A stretch of DNA of 64,000 nt from Candidatus Magasanikbacteria bacterium UBA922. GTDB taxonomy: Bacteria; Patescibacteriota; Patescibacteriia; Magasanikbacterales; UBA922. The notes beneath the pieces were generated by a model. It ran no database searches. It was not told where the DNA came from and worked only from the letters and a program-made list of their open reading frames with translations. Shown here one piece after another: positions 1-8,785 of the stretch. Where the stretch lies: assembly GCA_002293825.1 (NCBI GenBank), contig DBDW01000002.1:18059-82058 (forward strand), given 5' to 3'. The position numbers were made by a program, and so were the translations under genes. Within the stretch, counting starts at the first letter, position 1. Each line of letters begins with the position of its first letter.

Positions 1-188
1 ATTTCAAGAATACCTAAGGTATTGATAATCAACAGTGCAATAAACCACCCTTTTTCTCCTCTTCTAGCTGCATACCATAGCGCAAGCCCTTTCCAAAGAA
101 ACGTCCACACCATCGACAATACAAAAAAACCAATAAATCCTCCTGCAACAGATGGTCCCCATCCTCCCACAAAATCAGTGATATTCAT
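1..188 (-). CDS. small membrane protein, 5' part only (C-terminus beyond window start)
   Basis: Minus-strand ATG at 186-188 (cat on + strand). Translation MNITDFVGGWGPSVAGGFIGFFVLSMVWTFLWKGLALWYAARRGEKGWFIALLIINTLGILEI... has a hydrophobic TM segment followed by a WKGxALWxAARRxxKxWF motif. The frame stays open to the window edge. Confidence 0.4.
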   Translation of the reverse strand, partial: MNITDFVGGWGPSVAGGFIGFFVLSMVWTFLWKGLALWYAARRGEKGWFIALLIINTLGILE

Positions 189-235
189 AAAAAATAATAA
201 GTAAAATATATACTATGTATCGTATTGTACTCAGG

Positions 236-1405
236 TTACTTCATACTCGTCAACGGAAGCTCGAACTCAAGATACCCCTTTTGAATCATATTCTTAAACT
301 CTTCATCAACCAATGAAACACGTGCCAACGCTTCCAAAATTTCTATTCGCTCATCATCATCTGCCACAAAAGGCTGACTTTGGGTATTAATATGAACAGG
401 AACCAATTCTAGACGAATAAAGAGACGTGAAGAACTCACATGTTTCTCAAACTCACCTTTGAGTATGAGTCCTTGCATTGTCTGACGTGAAAAATATTGA
501 TCGAATACAAAATTGCCTAAACTATAAAAAATAGGCTTACCACGATACAGCTCAAAAGGTTGTATCACATGTGGATGCGCACCAATAACCATATCAACAC
601 CCATGTCAATCATGTCATGCGCTTCTACAATCTGCAACTTTGACGGGGTGTCAGTCACATATTCAACCCCCCAATGTGGATATGCAATGAGTACATCAAC
701 AAGCGGACGAAGACGTTGTATTTCAGCAATAACATTTTCAAAACCTTTCTGAACCAATTGATGATACCCCACAAAACCTATCGTGATTCCATTTTTTTCA
801 ATCATTTCACCAAGCTTATGGTCACCCCTATTATTAGGATCACCAAACCATGCAATTCCAGCATCATCAAGAAAGCGTTTTGTCTGTTCCAATCCTTCAA
901 ACCCAAAATTAGACGTATGATTATTCGCAAGACTTACAATATCAAAATTATGCTTAAGTGAAGAAGTTACCTGCGGAGAAAAGGTAAAACTAAATCGAGC
1001 TCCACCAGTGCCATTAGAAATAGAAGTGTTGGTCGTGATAGGACCTTCCAAATTTGCAACCCTCACATCAATGCCGGTGAGGGTAGAAGAAATCATTCTG
1101 AATGCGTATCCAAAATCATTGTGTTTTCGTGCCAAAAGAAGCATGGTACGATCAAGCATAATATCCCCCACCGCAGCAAACGTAACTCGCCTCACCGACT
1201 CGTCAATCGACACCACAGATTCTTCTGAAACATGGTCTGTAGTGACAAATACATCAGTTACCAAATCATCCAAATTAGGTGCAAACACGCCACCTGGAAA
1301 CCAAAAAAATGTTGTAATAACTATGATACAAAGAATCAATCCTCCAATCGCACCATACTTCCAATATATATCACGCATATACGTATCTAACAAACGTCTC
1401 GACAT
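236..1405 (-). CDS. CapA/PgsA-type metallophosphoesterase (poly-gamma-glutamate capsule synthesis family)
   Basis: 389 aa with an N-terminal TM helix. Metallophosphatase motifs present: GDIMLDR, GNHT-like ANNHTSNFG, GAHPHVIQPFELYRGKPIFYSLGNFVFDQ. Confidence 0.65.
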   Translation of the reverse strand: MSRRLLDTYMRDIYWKYGAIGGLILCIIVITTFFWFPGGVFAPNLDDLVTDVFVTTDHVSEESVVSIDESVRRVTFAAVGDIMLDRTMLLLARKHNDFGYAFRMISSTLTGIDVRVANLEGPITTNTSISNGTGGARFSFTFSPQVTSSLKHNFDIVSLANNHTSNFGFEGLEQTKRFLDDAGIAWFGDPNNRGDHKLGEMIEKNGITIGFVGYHQLVQKGFENVIAEIQRLRPLVDVLIAYPHWGVEYVTDTPSKLQIVEAHDMIDMGVDMVIGAHPHVIQPFELYRGKPIFYSLGNFVFDQYFSRQTMQGLILKGEFEKHVSSSRLFIRLELVPVHINTQSQPFVADDDERIEILEALARVSLVDEEFKNMIQKGYLEFELPLTSMK

Positions 1406-1425
1406 AGTGTGTCGAGACGTAGAAA

Positions 1426-2862
1426 TTAACCATATTCTTCAGAGTCTGTAATTAATTCTTCACCAGAGTCAGTAATAATACGTTTTTTTGTAACATCATT
1501 TCCAGGAGTAGACTGAGAAGTGGAAATTGATGAAGCAACAAGTTCGACGGGTAATCCTGCAGGTGGTTCTGCCGATTTATTTGCAGCTTTTTGTAACAAC
1601 GGTGTCTTCACGTGAGACATTGGGAAATGCCACACCGTCGCCAACTCCTCAATATTGAGTGGATATGAAGGAACACTAGCGTCCATCGCGCGAGATTTAT
1701 AGGCATCCATAAATTCTGCTTTCTTTTTATCGTTACCAGCAGTCGCACCGACCACAATCGAATTGGCACTAGGAATATTGAATTGATTAATCGAACCAAT
1801 CAGGGCAGTAACCCCACGAGAAGGGTTGAATACTTCTTTTCGCGCAAGATACACCGCTCGAATATTGGTTTCAAAACCAATTTTCATAATTTTCCGCTCC
1901 ATCGCTTCGACCAATTTTATCTGTCCTGGAGTCATATACTTGAGCTGATTCTTGTCTTTTGATTCCTCTGCAGGTGCAGATTGCTCACCACCAAGACCCA
2001 AAACTGCTCCAAATATCTGCCGCCCTGCTTCAACCACCAATCCAGCACTTTCTTTGGCAATAAAATTATCAGTAAGAAAACCCATACCACTTCCACCCGA
2101 ACCCCCTCCCGCATCTTCACCGATAAATTCTTTGATTTTTGCGATAACAATCTCTTTCCATGAATTATCAGTGGGACGAACCAAGATCTGAAGCCACATT
2201 TGTTCCCCATGACCAATACGTGCAAAACTCTCAAGCATAGTTCCCATCGGATCCTTGAGCACAGTATCTTTTGATATAGAATGTTCAAATTCTTCATACG
2301 ATCGAATAGGAAATGCCGGATTTTCCGCAAGCACAAAATCACCTGCCCACATATCATACTCAGAATTAGGAAAATTAGATGGAGCGGAAGTAGTATAATC
2401 TTCTACTTCAGTAATTTCAGCTTCTGGATATTGTGCGTAAATTGCAGTTTCTACCAAATCTCGATATTGAGCTTCAGTCCATACCAAAAACTGAATATAC
2501 CCTTCGATAGAAATAACTTCAAAACTAAACCATTTCTGAGTATATCCTTCGATAAATTTACCTTTAAGATCTGGTTTTGAAAATACGCCCGCAAGATGAC
2601 TAAATAATTGCTCCACTGCTTTTGGTGTCTGAATATTTAACTGCGGTATATCGATCGCAAGCGTAACAAATTTCCACTGACGTGTATGTCTTTTTTTTCG
2701 CATACCATGATACTCACCAAGAATTTGGCGCAATAAAAACGTTACCAATGGTATCCACAAAAAAACAGCGTATGCCTGTGCCACGATCGAAAACGGTGAT
2801 TGATTAAAAAAATCAAAAACCATGGTAAAATCAAACGTAAACAATCCAAAATCCATAGACAT
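1426..2862 (-). CDS. hypothetical protein with N-terminal TM helices and a Gly-rich linker
   Basis: 478 aa. Two N-terminal hydrophobic segments, an internal GGGSGGSG linker and the C-terminal motif ELATVWHFP. No family recognised. Confidence 0.5.
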   Translation of the reverse strand: MSMDFGLFTFDFTMVFDFFNQSPFSIVAQAYAVFLWIPLVTFLLRQILGEYHGMRKKRHTRQWKFVTLAIDIPQLNIQTPKAVEQLFSHLAGVFSKPDLKGKFIEGYTQKWFSFEVISIEGYIQFLVWTEAQYRDLVETAIYAQYPEAEITEVEDYTTSAPSNFPNSEYDMWAGDFVLAENPAFPIRSYEEFEHSISKDTVLKDPMGTMLESFARIGHGEQMWLQILVRPTDNSWKEIVIAKIKEFIGEDAGGGSGGSGMGFLTDNFIAKESAGLVVEAGRQIFGAVLGLGGEQSAPAEESKDKNQLKYMTPGQIKLVEAMERKIMKIGFETNIRAVYLARKEVFNPSRGVTALIGSINQFNIPSANSIVVGATAGNDKKKAEFMDAYKSRAMDASVPSYPLNIEELATVWHFPMSHVKTPLLQKAANKSAEPPAGLPVELVASSISTSQSTPGNDVTKKRIITDSGEELITDSEEYG

Positions 2863-3030
2863 CTAATCTTCAGCGTGTACCATATTAAAAATAATAGGAT
2901 ACACAATCAAAACAAGAAGAGCTATAATCCACCAACCAAGCGTACCTGCAATATACCCTGCCAAAAAGACAAGTAAAAAAGCGGCAGTCCCCATAAAAGC
3001 AATAACATGACGTGTAGAGGTATCAGACAT
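2863..3030 (-). CDS. small membrane protein (55 aa), missed by the >=60 aa ORF track
   Basis: ATG at 3028-3030 (minus), stop TAG at 2863-2865, which directly abuts the start codon of the downstream gene (2860-2862). Translation MSDTSTRHVIAFMGTAAFLLVFLAGYIAGTLGWWIIALLVLIVYPIIFNMVHAED shows two hydrophobic helices. Confidence 0.4.
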   Translation of the reverse strand: MSDTSTRHVIAFMGTAAFLLVFLAGYIAGTLGWWIIALLVLIVYPIIFNMVHAED

Positions 3031-3081
3031 ACAAAAGATAGTTACAAGTATCTACAGTATACCACAGTATATATAAAGCTC

Positions 3082-3115
3082 AAAAAAACTCACACGTGAT
3101 ACGTGTGAGTTTTTT
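3082..3115 (-). terminator. intrinsic terminator after secF (A-run / 8-bp stem ctcacacg..cgtgtgag / T-run; bidirectional shape)
   Basis: aaaaaaactcacacgtgatacgtgtgagtttttt lies 17 nt downstream of the secF stop codon. Confidence 0.6.
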
Positions 3116-3131
3116 CTCTCATAAAAGAGCG

Positions 3132-4064
3132 CTATGCTCGTTTTCTCTTGTCCCAACGATGTGAAACGACCAATAATTGAGACGCAATGAAGATAGAAGA
3201 GTACGTACCAAAAAAGATTCCGATAATCAATGCAAGGACAAAATATCGCACTGATTCACCTCCAAAAAAGAACATTGCAGCAAGTACAATCAAAACAGTA
3301 ATCGATGTGTTTACTGAACGAATAAATGTCTCATTAAGCGCTCGATCTACCGTAACTTCGAATTCAGATGTGCCATATTTATTCAAATGCTCACGAATAC
3401 GGTCGAAGACGACAATGGTGTCATGTACAGAAAAACCAAGAATTGTAAGTAATGCGAGCACGAATGAAATACCCACTTCAACACCTAAAAAGTGCCCAAG
3501 AAGTGAGAACGCACCCATCGTAATAATTACATTATGGAACAATGCTACAATTGCGGCAATTCCATATTTCCACGAAGCTACCGGTCGAGAAACTTTTCTG
3601 AACGTAAATGCAATATATCCTCCAATAGCTACAAGTACTGCAAATACTGCCTGCACCGATCGTTCTTTAAGCGACTGGCTAATCGCAGGACCAATAGTTT
3701 CAATACTTTCTTCAAGAACCTTGTTACCCTGAGAAGTTTCAGTTGCCTCAACTTCAAACGCACCACGAACACGAGTAAGAATGTCTTGATGTTCATCTTC
3801 AGTAATAAAACGTAACCGAACCAAAAAGCCTTGCTCCCCAACCGGCTGAACAATAGCCTCTCCATAAATATCACGAGGAATTACCTCTTGCATGGCAGAC
3901 AATTCAGGTCTTTCTTCAGTAAATGCAAACTCAATCAATGTTCCTCCAGTAAAATCAATACTTGGTTTGAGACCATACACAATCAAACTCACCACACTCA
4001 CTGCTACACATACTGCTGAAAATAGGAAAAAATATGCTTGTTTTTTAACAAATGGAATATTCAT
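3132..4064 (-). CDS. secF: protein translocase subunit SecF
   Basis: 310 aa polytopic membrane protein. SecDF-type C-terminal TM bundle present (…VLIVLAAMFFFGGESVRYFVLALIIGIFFGTYSSIFIAS…). Lies immediately downstream of secD with a 5-nt gap. Confidence 0.85.
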   Translation of the reverse strand: MNIPFVKKQAYFFLFSAVCVAVSVVSLIVYGLKPSIDFTGGTLIEFAFTEERPELSAMQEVIPRDIYGEAIVQPVGEQGFLVRLRFITEDEHQDILTRVRGAFEVEATETSQGNKVLEESIETIGPAISQSLKERSVQAVFAVLVAIGGYIAFTFRKVSRPVASWKYGIAAIVALFHNVIITMGAFSLLGHFLGVEVGISFVLALLTILGFSVHDTIVVFDRIREHLNKYGTSEFEVTVDRALNETFIRSVNTSITVLIVLAAMFFFGGESVRYFVLALIIGIFFGTYSSIFIASQLLVVSHRWDKRKRA

Positions 4065-4069
4065 AGTAA

Positions 4070-6142
4070 TTACGATTGTTCTTTTGAATGACGTCCTGAC
4101 CCGAGGAACAACGGTCCTCCATCACGTGCAGTAAACCATGGTACTACAAATCGTAACATCACACGAGTTGCAGTAATTGCGCTAAAGAGACTAACCAAAA
4201 TACCAATAATAAGCGCAATAGCGAATCCTTTCACAAAATTAGTTCCAAGCCAAATAAGTAACGCACAGGTAATCAGCGTAGAAACATTACCATCACGAAT
4301 CGATGTCCACGCACGTTTAAACCCTTCTTCAACAGCAACCTTGAGACTCTTTCCTTGCTGTAATTCTTCTTTCATACGTTCAAAAATAAGAATATTCGCA
4401 TCAACCGCCATACCAATAGAAAGAATAAAACCCGCGATTCCTGCAAGTGTCAACGTAACTCCAATTAGTTTGAACAATGCAAGCGTAACTACAATATACA
4501 GTGCAAGTGAAATAACCGAGAGAACACCAGGAAGACGATAATACAATGCCATAAACAACATGACCACAACTACTCCAATAATACCAGCAGTAACACTCAT
4601 AGAGACCGACTGAGCACCAAGTGTTGCACCTACTGTTTCCTGACTTGCCAATTCTACTGGAACTGGGAGTGCACCTGTATTCAATCGCTGAGCAAGCATG
4701 CGTGCCTCCTGTATATTTCCAGCACCTGTAATAACTGCCTGACCATCGCGAATCACGTTTTGAACTCTTGGGTCACTAATTGCTTGTCCATCAAGAAAGA
4801 TAGCAACCTGCTTACCAAGATTCCGCTCAGTAATTTCGGCAAACAATTTTGTACCCTCATCATTAAAATTGAGAGATACCTGCACAGCACCGGTCGTAGG
4901 GTCGGTCACAACCTGTGCTCGGGAAAGCTGTTTTCCTGAAAGACCGGTATCCTTCCATTCTTCCTGCGGAGGAACAATGTCAGTTTTCGATCGTGTATCA
5001 ATAAAAATTCGAGAGACTTCATACGCCTTACCTATTCGTTCATCCTGCTTGTAGATCACATGAAAACCAAAAGCAGTTTCCACTGGACCAATAATCTGAC
5101 CTTTTTCTGCAGAAAATAACGCATTTTCAAATTCAGACACTGCAAGCCCTCGAGGCACCCACCCAAGACTACCTTTAGTAAATGATACTGTTGGTTCAGT
5201 AGAGTTTTCCTCAGCAAGTGCTGCAAAATTATCACCCGTTGCCTGATCAAACAATTCTTGAGCTTTTGCACGTGCTTCATCCTTGTTATACATCGGATTA
5301 TCACACTGTACAGCACCTAAATAACAAATCAAAATATGACTTGCGAGCACTTCAGGACCGCTCTCACGCTCCCCACCTCTCTTCAAAATATTGTATCCAT
5401 CCAATGTAGTGAGTAGCGTCTTCGAAATAGTTCCTGCTGTAGAGCTTGCAGCCCATGCATAAATTTCTGGTTCAGTAGTAGTCGAGGTGAGATACCCCAG
5501 ATATCCCCCATTCACTTTACTAGCTTCGTCTTCAGATAATTCACGTGCAAGTTCTTCAAATGACTCTTTTCGATTTAGACGTCTCAAAATATCGTTCGCT
5601 CGTTTCTGCGCGTCGGCATTGTATGTTTCAAGTTCTTCTTGTTCTTCAGCGGTTAATTCACGTGGAGGTTCTGTATTTATCTCCTTGAATTCCAAAATTG
5701 GTGTCTGGCCAATCAAATCTACTGCCTGCTGGATATCCTGAATACCCGGTAAATCTACAGTCAATCGATACGAATCACCAACCTTACTCGTTTGCACCTG
5801 TGGCTCAGACACACCAATACCACCCACGCGTCGCTCGATTACATCACGTACACCCTCTAGCGCATTCGATCGCTCACTCTCAGCAATCGCGCTCATATCG
5901 GCTTCATACGTCAAATGTGCCCCACCTTTAAGATCCAGACCGAGTTTAAAAGGTTTATCAGGAACCAAAGGTAACGCAAGCGCAGCCTTTTCATTGAGCC
6001 ATGAAATTACAGTATTCACTGGCTTCGGATACACAAACACACCCGACACAATAAGTAAGGCAAAAATTCCCACAATCCCCCATTTAACTTTCGACCGAAT
6101 ATCACTAGTATGACGTCTCATAAATTCAAAAATCACTAACAA
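4070..6142 (-). CDS. secD: protein translocase subunit SecD with an inserted tandem parvulin (PpiC-type PPIase) module
   Basis: 690 aa. N-terminal TM helix, then a SecD P1 head (…AIFLDGQAISDPRVQNVIRDGQAVITGAGNIQEARMLAQRLNTGALPVPVEL…) and the C-terminal SecD TM domain. Residues ~267-365 (ASHILICY…GSLGWVPRGLAVSEFENALFSAEKGQIIGPVETAFGFHVIYK) form a canonical parvulin domain. It is preceded by a degenerate parvulin-like repeat (FEELARELSEDEASKVNGGYLGYLTS). Confidence 0.85.
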   Translation of the reverse strand: MLVIFEFMRRHTSDIRSKVKWGIVGIFALLIVSGVFVYPKPVNTVISWLNEKAALALPLVPDKPFKLGLDLKGGAHLTYEADMSAIAESERSNALEGVRDVIERRVGGIGVSEPQVQTSKVGDSYRLTVDLPGIQDIQQAVDLIGQTPILEFKEINTEPPRELTAEEQEELETYNADAQKRANDILRRLNRKESFEELARELSEDEASKVNGGYLGYLTSTTTEPEIYAWAASSTAGTISKTLLTTLDGYNILKRGGERESGPEVLASHILICYLGAVQCDNPMYNKDEARAKAQELFDQATGDNFAALAEENSTEPTVSFTKGSLGWVPRGLAVSEFENALFSAEKGQIIGPVETAFGFHVIYKQDERIGKAYEVSRIFIDTRSKTDIVPPQEEWKDTGLSGKQLSRAQVVTDPTTGAVQVSLNFNDEGTKLFAEITERNLGKQVAIFLDGQAISDPRVQNVIRDGQAVITGAGNIQEARMLAQRLNTGALPVPVELASQETVGATLGAQSVSMSVTAGIIGVVVVMLFMALYYRLPGVLSVISLALYIVVTLALFKLIGVTLTLAGIAGFILSIGMAVDANILIFERMKEELQQGKSLKVAVEEGFKRAWTSIRDGNVSTLITCALLIWLGTNFVKGFAIALIIGILVSLFSAITATRVMLRFVVPWFTARDGGPLFLGSGRHSKEQS

Positions 6143-6203
6143 ATAGAATGAGCCGTATTGTACGGGAAAAGGGTTGAAGCGTCAAGTTGAAGAGGTGGAA
6201 AGT

Positions 6204-7025
6204 TCACATCTGCTTTTCAACCACAATCATTGCAGTACGTTCCTCAGTAATCGGCACATGATTCCCAGTTTCGTAATCCCGAAACGAATCTTCAAAATTT
6301 TGGTATGAATACGTGAATTTTTCTCCCAATCGGGTCCCCGGATCGTTCGTAATGATCACTTGATTCACCTCATCATACCCGATTGCAACAAGCATGTGTC
6401 GCTCAGGCCCGGGTGGTTTGAAATTTGGATTAGCGAGAATTTGTCCATTAAATGGAATAATCAAAATATTTCCTGCTGCAAGCTCACGCTTCACATCAGT
6501 GAGTGTAATGTCATATTCCACACGCCCACCCATATACCCATAAAATTTTTTGAGTAATCGTGTATATGTATCTTCGGCAGACGTATCCCGATATCCGCCG
6601 TAGTGAGTTTCCTCCCAATTAGACATGTTTGTTATTTCTTCAAGAGCTTCTTGTCGAGTAAGTTTCTGACCCGTTGCCCAACGATACGCCATAAGTACCG
6701 ACGCTTCTTCGCACCCATCTTGTTGACGAGAATCTGACCAATCGCCCAACGGCGCTTGCGGAGTGAACGGAACATCATGCACGATCTTCACTGGAAGCTG
6801 TTCTGTGGTTGAGGTGGGGACCAGCTCGTCCGGTTCGGTTGAAGTGGTAATTATCGGCTCAGGAATAACGTCAGGTGTGTGAGTAACAACCTCAGTAGTA
6901 GAAGGTGTGCTAGTGCGAAAAACTATCGCTGGTCGTGATAACGAAAAAAGATAAGACGCTACGAAATAAGTTCCAAATAATATAGAAACAAAAAATAAAA
7001 GTATAGAACTAATTCGCTTCAACAT
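6204..7025 (-). CDS. membrane-anchored peptidase C39-like (Peptidase_C39_2/YvpB-like) domain protein
   Basis: N-terminal TM helix, a Thr/Pro-rich linker, then the Cys motif QDGCEEASVLMAYRW and the His motif HMLVAIGYD…ITNDPG, typical of C39-like papain-fold domains. Confidence 0.5.
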   Translation of the reverse strand: MLKRISSILLFFVSILFGTYFVASYLFSLSRPAIVFRTSTPSTTEVVTHTPDVIPEPIITTSTEPDELVPTSTTEQLPVKIVHDVPFTPQAPLGDWSDSRQQDGCEEASVLMAYRWATGQKLTRQEALEEITNMSNWEETHYGGYRDTSAEDTYTRLLKKFYGYMGGRVEYDITLTDVKRELAAGNILIIPFNGQILANPNFKPPGPERHMLVAIGYDEVNQVIITNDPGTRLGEKFTYSYQNFEDSFRDYETGNHVPITEERTAMIVVEKQM

Positions 7026-7026
7026 A

Positions 7027-7575
7027 TTATACAGATGTGTTCAACCCGACCTCAGGAAGTTCAGCCACTGTGGTTTTTCCAATCGCCACGTTTAATTTAC
7101 CGTGGAAAAATTTTCCAGCACGTGCCATGATCGAGAGTGCAACCGAACGATGCATTCCTTCAATCACTTGAATCGTACCGTCTGGCAACTCGAGCGCAGT
7201 AATGACCGAATCCGTCGGATACTCTTCCATAATTGAGATAATTTTTTTCAAACTTCGCAGATCTTCCCGCTCTGCAAGCATTGCAAACTGAACCCGTCTC
7301 AACCCATCATAATATCGTTCGATCCAAGTACGAAACGGACCACCATACCAACCAGATATTACTTCCGAAGGATCGGTAATTTCATATAAACCCCAATCTA
7401 CTTCCCTACACTTGAATCTCTCGGCATATCCTCTGAGCCTCCATTCCGCCCAATTACTAAAACCACGCTCTTGTGCAAGCACCTGCCAATCAGGATTTTT
7501 TCCTTCATTTTTGTACCACTCAAGAAATACTTCCTCCCATTCGCAGGTACGGATCAGTGAAATACGTGAATCCAT
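7027..7575 (-). CDS. hypothetical protein
   Basis: 182 aa ORF with no recognisable motifs. Start and stop are tightly packed against the neighbouring genes (1-2 nt gaps). Confidence 0.45.
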   Translation of the reverse strand: MDSRISLIRTCEWEEVFLEWYKNEGKNPDWQVLAQERGFSNWAEWRLRGYAERFKCREVDWGLYEITDPSEVISGWYGGPFRTWIERYYDGLRRVQFAMLAEREDLRSLKKIISIMEEYPTDSVITALELPDGTIQVIEGMHRSVALSIMARAGKFFHGKLNVAIGKTTVAELPEVGLNTSV

Positions 7576-7577
7576 AG

Positions 7578-8186
7578 TTATGATAATAAAAATTTCTGTA
7601 ATTGAGAAAATTGTTTGAGAGTGTATAAAAAACCTTCTCCGCCCTTTTTCCGATACAACTCAACTACCGCAGAAGAATCGTCGATCATGAGTGTATTTTG
7701 CACATCTTCATTCAATTGTGCAAGCACAACATCAAATAATTCACCATAATTATCCTTTTTAAGCATTCCGTAATCACTTGAATTAACAATTACCTCAAAT
7801 AACTTAGATAATTTATGATTAGCCACAGTAATCTCTGAAAAAACATCCATATTATTGGTAACCAATCCAACTTTTATTCCTTTGATCTTTAGCTCTTTTA
7901 CCAAAGAAACAACCTGTTCATCGAGCTTCATTTTTCGAACACTTTCGAGAAACTGAGTGTGGAGCCAGCCGGATTCAACCCCGCACGCAGTAGCAATAGT
8001 ATTATTTATACCACGAGAATCAATCTCCCCACGCATCCATCGTGCACACAATTCAGCATCACCAAAGATATGTTTCTGAATCCAATCAACAATAGATTGA
8101 TACTCCGGTATCAACGTATGCGTGTAAAATCGATCTCGACACAGTACACCGTCGAAATCAAAAAGGATTGCTGAATAGTTTAACAC
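7578..8186 (-). CDS. HAD-superfamily hydrolase
   Basis: HAD motif I is present near the N-terminus (ILFDFDGVL). A GLVTNN motif and a C-terminal DD also fit the family. Confidence 0.7.
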   Translation of the reverse strand: MLNYSAILFDFDGVLCRDRFYTHTLIPEYQSIVDWIQKHIFGDAELCARWMRGEIDSRGINNTIATACGVESGWLHTQFLESVRKMKLDEQVVSLVKELKIKGIKVGLVTNNMDVFSEITVANHKLSKLFEVIVNSSDYGMLKKDNYGELFDVVLAQLNEDVQNTLMIDDSSAVVELYRKKGGEGFLYTLKQFSQLQKFLLS

Positions 8187-8198
8187 AAAAATACTTAA

Positions 8199-8501
8199 TT
8201 AAGACTCATCCAAAATAATACGATCTTTAAATCTCCCACGCTCTTGGGCTTTCTCATTTCTGACCTTTTCAATAATATTTCGATCAAATCCTTTATATTC
8301 TGCAATTGCGTCGAGTACTTCAAGAAGATCTGCAAGTTCTTCAATACTCTCATCTGCCTGGAGCTCCTGCACTTCTTCATTCAACTTCTGTTTCAATTTT
8401 TCCCAATACTCGACTTCAGAAGCGACATGATACACTGGTGTACCACCTTTCTCCCGGATATATTCCGGAATATTGTCACGAACAAGTTTGTCGTACTTCA
8501 T
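8199..8501 (-). CDS. MazG-like nucleotide pyrophosphohydrolase (small all-alpha NTP-PPase)
   Basis: Translation MKYDKLVRDNIPEYIREKGG…EExxELxADESIEELADLLEVLDAIAEYKGF matches the small MazG/HisE-like family. The start was trimmed to the internal ATG at 8499-8501, which removes the overlap with the upstream gene. Confidence 0.55.
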   Translation of the reverse strand: MKYDKLVRDNIPEYIREKGGTPVYHVASEVEYWEKLKQKLNEEVQELQADESIEELADLLEVLDAIAEYKGFDRNIIEKVRNEKAQERGRFKDRIILDES

Positions 8502-8517
8502 ATAAAATAATAAACAA

Positions 8518-8733
8518 TTATTCACCAAGATATTCAAACCGCTTTTGCTTCTTTCCATTCACCTCAACCTCTTCCAAGAACATTGCACGTGGTCGCACCC
8601 ACAATTTTGAAATTTCATTTTCATAAAGTGCCTCATACACGACCAATTCTTCGAGAGATTCACTATGTTTTGCAACACCAAGAACCCTATACTCACGACC
8701 TTTATAATGACGATACCTTCCTACAATAGACAT
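8518..8733 (-). CDS. DUF1653-like small protein
   Basis: 71 aa; GRYRHYKGREYRVLGVAKHSE…LVVYEALY is the DUF1653 signature. Confidence 0.5.
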   Translation of the reverse strand: MSIVGRYRHYKGREYRVLGVAKHSESLEELVVYEALYENEISKLWVRPRAMFLEEVEVNGKKQKRFEYLGE

Positions 8734-8785
8734 ATATTTTTATCATAACAAATAACGTAGACCGAAGTCTACGTTATTATGATAG

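Noticed and set aside
8199-8558. Full-length 119-aa version of the MazG-like ORF and the nested 8195-8380 ORF
   Set aside because: The long form overlaps the upstream DUF1653 gene by 41 nt. The family-typical N-terminus MKYDKLVRD starts at the internal ATG at 8501. The 8195-8380 ORF is an alternate-frame artefact inside the same gene.
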